Assembly: GCF_000284455.1 (NCBI RefSeq)
Contig: NC_017039.1
Span: 3,480,001-3,512,000 of the forward strand
Direction of reading: 5' to 3'
Length of the DNA: 32,000 bases
Source: Synechocystis sp. PCC 6803 substr. PCC-P
Lineage (GTDB): Bacteria; Cyanobacteriota; Cyanobacteriia; Cyanobacteriales; Microcystaceae
In this document: positions 26,590 to 32,000 of the stretch, in pieces
How positions within the stretch are numbered: the first letter of the stretch is position 1
Layout: every line of letters begins with the position of its first letter
Notes under the pieces: model-generated
Database searches by the model: none
The model's input: only the letters and a program-made list of their open reading frames with translations
Told to the model about the DNA's origin: nothing
Made by a program: the position numbers and the translations under genes

Positions 26590-28224
26590 TTGCTCAAACA
26601 TAATTACGGTCATCAATTGAAACAAATTCGACAAATATTAGCATTCCATTGCACAATTCTCTGCCAAGGAGCGTTGCTGGCCGGTTCTGTATTTGCCAAT
26701 GAAGTTTACCCTAGTTATCTCAGCGAAAAGGGCATCGAAAGTGAGTTTTTGCATCAGTCTCCCCACAGTCTAACTGGTCGCAAGATCGCCATTGGCCAGA
26801 TGGAAATGGGTCGGCCAGTGCAATATCTTTGGGATAAGTTGGGCGGTTGGCAACCCCCTTACCGTTTAACAGGGGTGTTTCATCTCAATCAAATTTCCCC
26901 CCGCAATCGTTTTTTTGACGACCATGCCGGTATGGTGGCCCAGGCCATGGTTAGCCGGGATAAACGTTATCCAGGGGTAGCACCGGAAGCTCGACTTTAC
27001 TCCACCGCCATGGGGCCACTATCAGAAAATTTGCAACCCCAACAATGCTTGGCCGGACAATTTGTTAGTCGCCAAGATGGGAGCAACATCCGGGCAGTCA
27101 ATTTGAGCTATGGGGAGTCGTTGGAGCGGGACGCTAGGGGGGATGCCCAGTTGGACGGCAATGCTTTATTAACTTTGTGTTTAGATTGGCTGACCCAACA
27201 GCAAAATCTACTCTTTGTGGTGGCCGGAAACCAGGGTACGGGAGGCATTGCCATTCCGACGGATAACTATAATGGCATCACCGTCGCCTACACTGTCCAA
27301 TCTGCCGATCGCCAGGGGCGCTATGACCGCATGGCCTTTACAAATCTGAGTCGGCAACCGGAGGGCATGGGCAAAAGAATAGTGGAACGGGAAATCAATC
27401 AGGGGAGACGCCAGGGGGTGAGCTTGGTGGCTCCAGGCAGTGATTTTTATCTGTATGACATGAAGGGGCGAGTGGAATGGGTCAGTGGCAGTAGCTTTGC
27501 CTCCCCTCTGGTGACGGGCACCGTTGCTTTATTGCAGGAATTTGGCGATCGCCAGTTATTGGTCAATACCAACAGTAGCCGCTGGAATTTAGATGCCCGC
27601 AGGCCCATGGTGATGAAAGCGGTGTTACTCAATTCAGCAGTAAAAATTCGCAATGCCGGTTTGGGCACAAACTACACTCTTTACAGCAGTAAAAAACGGG
27701 ATTGGCTAGCAACGGAAGCTTACCGAGACCCCGTCCTACCGTTGGATTTGGAAATGGGAGCTGGTCAACTGAACGCCCGTCGAGCCCTAGAACAATTCCA
27801 GTCTGGAGCCTATGGGCCTGGGGAAAATGATCTCCCGGCGATCGCCTGGGATTACGGGGCAATTCAACCGGGACAGACCATCAGTTATTCTTTGTCTAAA
27901 CCTTTAAAGGGAGGAGAATTTGCCAGTGTCACCCTTGTGTGGGAAAGACTAGTGCAATTGTTGGACAGTAATGGTAATCAACAATATGACCTAGGGGAGA
28001 GTTTTCAAGCCCAGCCCCTAAGTAACCTAGATCTATTTATCACTGACCAAGGCGGGGCTACCCCGGTGGTTTGTTCTTCTCAAAGCAAAGTTGATAACGT
28101 AGAACATTTTCTCTGCCCCATTGCTAGTACGGGGAAATATACTATTCAAGTCAAACATCAGGGCGGTGGAACTGCACCCCGACCAGAAAACTATGCCCTG
28201 AGTTGGTGGACTGTTACTAATTGA
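26590..28224 (+). CDS. Secreted subtilisin-like (S8) serine peptidase homologue with a C-terminal beta-rich extension.
   Basis: His box DDHAGMVAQA, oxyanion AVNLSYG and Ser box SGSSFASPLVTG (Ser codon 27493-27495). N-terminal signal-like ILAFHCTILCQGALLAGSVFA/NE. There is no ATG start, so the candidates are TTG 26590 or TTG 26614. The position of the catalytic Asp box reads IAIGQMEMG (Glu, nt 26803-26805). Confidence 0.85.
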   Translation: MLKHNYGHQLKQIRQILAFHCTILCQGALLAGSVFANEVYPSYLSEKGIESEFLHQSPHSLTGRKIAIGQMEMGRPVQYLWDKLGGWQPPYRLTGVFHLNQISPRNRFFDDHAGMVAQAMVSRDKRYPGVAPEARLYSTAMGPLSENLQPQQCLAGQFVSRQDGSNIRAVNLSYGESLERDARGDAQLDGNALLTLCLDWLTQQQNLLFVVAGNQGTGGIAIPTDNYNGITVAYTVQSADRQGRYDRMAFTNLSRQPEGMGKRIVEREINQGRRQGVSLVAPGSDFYLYDMKGRVEWVSGSSFASPLVTGTVALLQEFGDRQLLVNTNSSRWNLDARRPMVMKAVLLNSAVKIRNAGLGTNYTLYSSKKRDWLATEAYRDPVLPLDLEMGAGQLNARRALEQFQSGAYGPGENDLPAIAWDYGAIQPGQTISYSLSKPLKGGEFASVTLVWERLVQLLDSNGNQQYDLGESFQAQPLSNLDLFITDQGGATPVVCSSQSKVDNVEHFLCPIASTGKYTIQVKHQGGGTAPRPENYALSWWTVTN

Positions 28225-28932
28225 GCAGAGTAACCGAGAACCTAACCAGTCTCCGGAAACTTGAGGGTGATGTGGCCAATCAGGTAAATTACACCAAGTC
28301 TTAAAACGATATCGCTCTTCTATCATTGTGGGTAGGATAAGATGGAGAAGATAGTCTGAAATGCAGAGGTGGTATATGGTTGCCCCACGTGAAGCAAAAG
28401 AAACAGTACAATTCATTGACAAATACTGCGAAGGATACAGAGACTTATTTTATTTCCAAAAGTGAGAAGCTTTGAATACTTTAAATACTTGCATCTAGGA
28501 TTAATTGCGAATATAAAGAGAAAAACCTTCCCAGAAATAGCTAAGGTAGTAGGACTAGAAAATGGACAAGGATTTGACTATTTCTTCGGTAACAGCCCTT
28601 GGTCGTTAGAGGAGGTAAGGGAAAGAAGAATTAATAAAATTCTGAGTTTTGCGGAAGGAGAAGCAATAACAATGCTCATAGACGAAACAGGGGATAGGAA
28701 AAAAGGAAGAAAGACAGATTATGTTGCGCGTCAGTATATTGGCAATCTAGGAAAAATAGAAAATGGAATAGTAGAGGTGATGTGTTATGGAATTATAAAG
28801 GGAATGACAGTACCATTAATCAGCAAAGTATATAAACCAGAGACAAGACTAAAAGAGGGGGATAAATACAAAAGTAAACCAGAGATAGTAGGGGAAATTA
28901 TCAAAGAAATAAAAGAGCTTGGTTTCAATATA

Positions 28933-28956
28933 TAGTAGTTTAAAATAAAGCTGAGA
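28933..28956. repeat. ISY100 terminal inverted repeat (stop-codon side of the transposase gene).
   Basis: TAGTAGTTTAAAATAAAGCTGAGA matches 18/24 positions against the reverse complement of 29856-29879. Confidence 0.7.
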
Positions 28957-28958
28957 CG

Positions 28959-29807
28959 CTAAACGCCACAGTAAGAACGGATAATTTCATCAAGAGACGT
29001 GTCAATAGGAGCGTACATTCTAGCTCGTTTCAAGGCACTAAAGTCATGCTCAATATCATTTAAATCAGGAGAATATTTCGGCAAAAAAAGAACTTCATGA
29101 CCTGCTTCTTTAGCCAATTCTTTAATGGCAGTTTTACGATGAATAGGAGCATTATCCATTATTAATATTGATGGAATGTCGAGGGAGGGTAGCAAATATA
29201 ATTTTAACCATCCTTCAAAGCCTTCTGCATTCAAACTCCCGGTAAAAACCATCGGCGCAATCAAATCTTTTTTTCCTTTTCTTCTCCCTGCTACTAGATT
29301 TTCTCTGACTCCCCTTTTTCCTTGTCTATCTCCATAAACTTTTTTTCCTTTTTTTGACCAGGCATAAATACAAGCCTGGATTGCTTCGAATCCAGATTCA
29401 TCTATGTAAACTATAGCTTGACTACCATAGAGCTTAATTAGTTCTCTTAACATTCTATAGTACTTAACTCGTTCCTCCCGGTTTCTTTCTCGATAACGTA
29501 GTTCTTTTTTTTTTCTGTTTATTTTCATTTTCTTTAATGCGTAATATACGGCACTCGGCCTCACTCCAAATTTCTTGGCTCTGTCTATCAATCTTGCATC
29601 GGGATTTTCTTCTACGTCTTTTTTTAGAGCTTCCCAGTCTAATTTCCTATGGCGACGCTCTACTTTTGTTGGGCTTAAATCTACTCTATTTAACCATCTG
29701 TATATCGAGGCTTTTCCTATTTTATATATCTTGGAAGCCTCAGTTATTTTTCCTCCAGCTTCTATATAAGCTACTACCCTTTGCCTTAAATCTAAACTGT
29801 AAGCCAT
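28959..29807 (-). CDS. IS630/Tc1-family (ISY100) transposase.
   Basis: 282 aa. The N-terminal HTH region is MAYSLDLRQRVVAYIEAGGKITEASKIYKIGKASIYRWLNR. The DDE domain has YIDESGF ... LIMDNAPIHR ... FLPKYSPDLNDIEHDFSALK. Confidence 0.92.
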   Translation of the reverse strand: MAYSLDLRQRVVAYIEAGGKITEASKIYKIGKASIYRWLNRVDLSPTKVERRHRKLDWEALKKDVEENPDARLIDRAKKFGVRPSAVYYALKKMKINRKKKELRYRERNREERVKYYRMLRELIKLYGSQAIVYIDESGFEAIQACIYAWSKKGKKVYGDRQGKRGVRENLVAGRRKGKKDLIAPMVFTGSLNAEGFEGWLKLYLLPSLDIPSILIMDNAPIHRKTAIKELAKEAGHEVLFLPKYSPDLNDIEHDFSALKRARMYAPIDTSLDEIIRSYCGV

Positions 29808-29855
29808 TGTTTAAACCTGTTCATTTTGTACACTCCATAATTTTACATTAAATTC

Positions 29856-29879
29856 TCTCATCGTTAATTGAAATGACTA
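29856..29879. repeat. ISY100 terminal inverted repeat (start-codon side of the transposase gene).
   Basis: The reverse complement reads TAGTCATTTCAATTAACGATGAGA, which matches 18/24 positions to 28933-28956. It is followed by TA. Confidence 0.7.
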
Positions 29880-30784
29880 TAAAGGTAGTATTAGCATATA
29901 GTGAATATGGAGAGAGCAGCGAGAACTTTGTAAGAGTATTAGAAAAAGAAAATCTAGAATATGTACTAGCTATAAGGAGTGATCATGGAGTCTGGCTTGG
30001 GAAAGAGGAAAGAGTAAGAGCGAACAAATGGAGAAAATTTGAGAGAGAATTTGCAAGTGGAAAGTCGGAAGTAAGATACGAATAAGATACGTGAGAGAAA
30101 TTATTTATGGAAGGAGAGGGGAAAAAAGATATTAGCAAGTAACGGATAACAAGGAGAAAATGCCGTCAAATTCAACGTATTTTATTATGACAAAAGTATC
30201 AGAAATAAAATATAAAGAAGTGGGTAACTTATATGGAGCAAGGAACTGGATAGAGTATGGATTAAAGCAAATAAAGAATGAACTGGGGTGGGCAGATTTT
30301 AGAATGATGGACTATTCCAGAATAGAAAAATGGCGGGAAATAGTGATGAGCGTATATTTAATGGTAAGTCTTCAGATAGAAAATTTGCCTCCGCATGATA
30401 ACTCCTTAAACAAATCAAAACAGACTAGGGAGATAGCTTATCAGAATATACAAAAACATCCTTGGTGGAATCAAAAAAGTGGATGGAAAAACATACTTAA
30501 CAACATGAAATTAATAATTCAGCCATTATGTTACTTTAATTTATTAAAGCCGTGGATGACGGTGATTTATACACCTCAGTTATTGAAAAACTTCCATTGC
30601 TTATTTGACAGATTGAAGAAGGCAGTAATGGCTTTAGGAGACCTTATTATTGCTCCAATTATTTTACCTTTCCACCTACACTGATAGAAGAGTGATAAGT
30701 TGGAAATTAAGAACATCTTCGCTGATACTAAACATTAACCCGATCATATCTCAGCACTTTCTGTTTGATTAACTGTAGAGGACT

Positions 30785-30837
30785 AAAAAAGGTAGAAGAG
30801 AGAACCCCTTAGCAAATAGGATTAACTGACTTCTACC
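30785..30837 (-). terminator. Possible intrinsic terminator of htpG.
   Basis: On the minus strand, GGTAGAAG (30837-30830) and CTTCTACC (30798-30791) form an 8-bp stem. It is followed immediately by TTTTTT (30790-30785), about 40 nt after the htpG stop. The 31-nt loop is long for a canonical terminator. Confidence 0.4.
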
Positions 30838-30875
30838 CTACAACCTATTGACAGGATGCTGTTTTGATGGATAAT

Positions 30876-32000
30876 TTACTGTTTGGTCAAACGGGTTAAT
30901 ACCGCATTAGAGCGTTCAATGAAACCTTTCATGCCCTCCGCATCAAAACCTTTTTGGGCCATCAATGCCAAGTCATAAACATGTTGACAAAGGGATTTTG
31001 CTAATTCTGCTGAGGGAGATTCCCCACTGCCAGTGACAATACCGCCTTGGCTGAGGGAAAGAATGTTTTTAATTAGGGGGTGGTTGGTGTTAATGGCTAA
31101 CACATGTTGTTCCGGGAAAGCCATCGCCTGCTGTTGCATCATGGCAGTCATTTCCTGGAGGCGTCGCATGGCTTCCGGTAGAAGTACCATGGCTGGAGGG
31201 GTAGATTGGGGATCGTCGGATTTTAATGATTGGGTTTTGATGTTGATGTTGGGATTATTGAGGGCCTTTTCAAAGATTTCTTTGATTTGCTCACTGCGGG
31301 ATTTGTTGGTGGCGGGGTCCACAATGTCGCTGGCTTTATCCTCTTCAATCAAACTTTGATCCAGTTCTGAATCTACCCGGGAAAATTTGACGTCACTGTA
31401 TTCTTTTTCTAGGAAAGGAATGAAGTAATTAGTGTCAATGAAAGAATCCATAAATAGGACCTCAATACCCTGGTTTTTATACAGTTCCACATAGGTGGCT
31501 TGGGTAGCTTGATCGGTGCAGTAAAAAACTCGATTTTCGTGGCGTTCTTTATTGCGTTCCAAATAACGTTTCAGGCTGGTGTAACCTTCTTTTTCGTAGG
31601 GATTAACCCCGTCACTCTGGTTAGTTTCAGCCCAGGCATCACCATCTTCGGTCAGAACTTCTACCTTTGGTTCCGTACTTTCTGCTGTGGCTTTATAGGT
31701 GGTGCGGTAGAGCAATAAATCTTCTACTTGTTGTTTGAATTTATCTTCCCGCAGGGAACCAAATTTGACAAAGGTACCAATGTCTTCCCAACATTTGAGA
31801 TATTCTGCCGGATTTTCGTCGTACAAAGATTTAAGGCGATCGCCAACTTTTTTGGCAATGTAATCAGCAATGCGACGCACAGTGCGGTGATTAGTGAGGG
31901 CACTGCGGGAAACGTTGAGGGGAATATCGGGACTATCAATTACCCCCCGGAGCGGCATCAAAAATTCGGGAATGACTTCTTCGCAATGGTCACTGACAAA
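30876..32000 (-). CDS. htpG: Hsp90-family chaperone HtpG, C-terminal ~374 codons (the 5' part lies beyond the window).
   Basis: The reading frame stays open to the window edge: ...FVSDHCEEVIPEFLMPLRGVIDSPDIPLNVSRS..., which is the conserved Hsp90 middle-domain motif. The rest is collinear with the HtpG C-terminal half. HIP1 at 31836. Confidence 0.95.
   Translation of the reverse strand, partial: FVSDHCEEVIPEFLMPLRGVIDSPDIPLNVSRSALTNHRTVRRIADYIAKKVGDRLKSLYDENPAEYLKCWEDIGTFVKFGSLREDKFKQQVEDLLLYRTTYKATAESTEPKVEVLTEDGDAWAETNQSDGVNPYEKEGYTSLKRYLERNKERHENRVFYCTDQATQATYVELYKNQGIEVLFMDSFIDTNYFIPFLEKEYSDVKFSRVDSELDQSLIEEDKASDIVDPATNKSRSEQIKEIFEKALNNPNINIKTQSLKSDDPQSTPPAMVLLPEAMRRLQEMTAMMQQQAMAFPEQHVLAINTNHPLIKNILSLSQGGIVTGSGESPSAELAKSLCQHVYDLALMAQKGFDAEGMKGFIERSNAVLTRLTKQ

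Larger units (their letters stand above)
28933..29879 (-). mobile_element. ISY100-type insertion sequence (IS630/Tc1-mariner family), apparently intact.
   Basis: It is exactly 947 bp between imperfect 24-bp terminal inverted repeats and is flanked by a duplicated TA (28931-28932 and 29880-29881). It has a single 282-aa transposase ORF. Removing the element and one TA restores the host reading frame. Confidence 0.9.
28361..30684 (+). pseudogene. Disrupted DDE transposase of the IS4/IS701-like element. The pieces are 28361-28465, 28462-28935, 29873-30085 and 30160-30684.
   Basis: The fragments join into one transposase-like protein: ...KYCEGYRDLF / PKVRSFEYFKYLHLGLIANIKRKTFPEIA... / ...KELGFNI-KVVLAYSEYG... 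/ ...SEVRY-VREIIYGRRGEKRY*QVTDNKEKMPSNSTYF.... The lesions are a frameshift near 28450-28460, the ISY100 insertion at 28933-29879, an 11-bp tandem duplication at 30072-30093, and an in-frame TAG at 30133-30135. Confidence 0.7.
28310..30697 (+). mobile_element. Decayed IS4/IS701-like insertion sequence (~1.43 kb once the nested element is removed) carrying a nested ISY100.
   Basis: Terminal imperfect inverted repeats are TATCGCTCTTCTATCATTGT (28310-28329) and the reverse complement of ACACTGATAGAAGAGTGATA (30678-30697). They match at 18/20 positions and bracket all the transposase fragments. AT-rich with no HIP1. The ends are inferred from the IR only, and no clear target duplication was seen. 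Confidence 0.55.
183..31843. repeat. HIP1 (GCGATCGC) dispersed palindromic octamers, 28 copies located by hand.
   Basis: Starts: 183, 1303, 1501, 6751, 8613, 8876, 9900, 10598, 12203, 12662, 13310, 16384, 17023, 18364, 18497, 21022, 21820, 23020, 23494, 23905, 24384, 24689, 25296, 26087, 26377, 27545, 27838, 31836. This is a hand scan, so a few may be missed. The density of ~1 per 1.1 kb is typical of Synechocystis-type cyanobacterial genomes. Confidence 0.85.

Noticed and set aside
28033-28422. 129-aa minus-strand ORF spanning the end of the S8 peptidase gene and the left end of the IS.
   Set aside because: It crosses a native-gene/IS junction, overlaps the peptidase CDS, and has no homology features. 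It is a chance ORF.
28441-28465. The idea that the frame change at the outer transposase 5' end is a programmed ribosomal frameshift, as in IS1/IS3.
   Set aside because: To my knowledge IS4/IS701-type transposases are single-ORF proteins. There is no A6G-type slippery heptamer with a downstream structure. The same gene carries three other clearly disabling lesions, so mutational decay is the simpler explanation.
29537-29851. Plus-strand ORFs of 104 aa and 64 aa inside ISY100.
   Set aside because: They are antisense to the intact 282-aa transposase gene. From memory (unverified), ISY100-type elements encode a single transposase ORF.
1-32000. Search for CRISPR arrays, tRNA/rRNA genes and long tandem repeats.
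   Set aside because: I saw no regularly spaced direct repeats of 25-40 nt, no cloverleaf-like tRNA or rRNA-like sequence in the intergenic gaps, and no long tandem arrays. The only repeats found are HIP1 octamers, the IS inverted repeats and the 11-bp duplication. A by-eye scan cannot fully exclude small ncRNAs.

Overview
This 32-kb chromosomal window looks cyanobacterial and specifically Synechocystis sp. PCC 6803-like. Three things support that: 28 hand-located copies of the HIP1 octamer GCGATCGC, a 947-bp ISY100-type IS630/Tc1 element, and the gene order Ski2-like helicase - ilvD - phosphoketolase - RND pump - truB - HAD - S8 peptidase - IS nest - htpG. From memory this is the slr0451..slr0459 / sll0430 neighbourhood, which I could not verify. 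About 10.5-28.2 kb is ordinary core genome, interrupted by one AT-rich, HIP1-free island encoding a GIY-YIG nuclease-domain protein (14.0-15.3 kb). About 28.3-30.7 kb is a decayed IS4/IS701-like element with an intact ISY100 inserted into its transposase gene. The stand-out is the first 10 kb: a seven-gene minus-strand operon (116-10126). It encodes (1) a vWA-domain lipoprotein, (2) a 4-TM membrane protein, (3) a divergent tubulin/FtsZ-superfamily GTPase, (4) a 1072-aa protein whose C-terminal half is an actin/Hsp70-fold ATPase, and (5-7) three consecutive proteins that share a ~75-aa domain. Of those three, one is TM-anchored with a coiled coil, one has a signal peptide, periplasmic SH3b, a TM and a cytoplasmic tail, and one is a soluble coiled-coil protein. 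I know of no characterised system with this composition, and I propose it as a candidate undescribed envelope-spanning dual-NTPase system (cytomotive/membrane-remodelling or conflict/defence). The operon also has a sharp GC break inside gene 4 and a 5.2-kb HIP1-free stretch, which suggests its distal part was exchanged horizontally. No rRNA, tRNA or CRISPR array was recognised.
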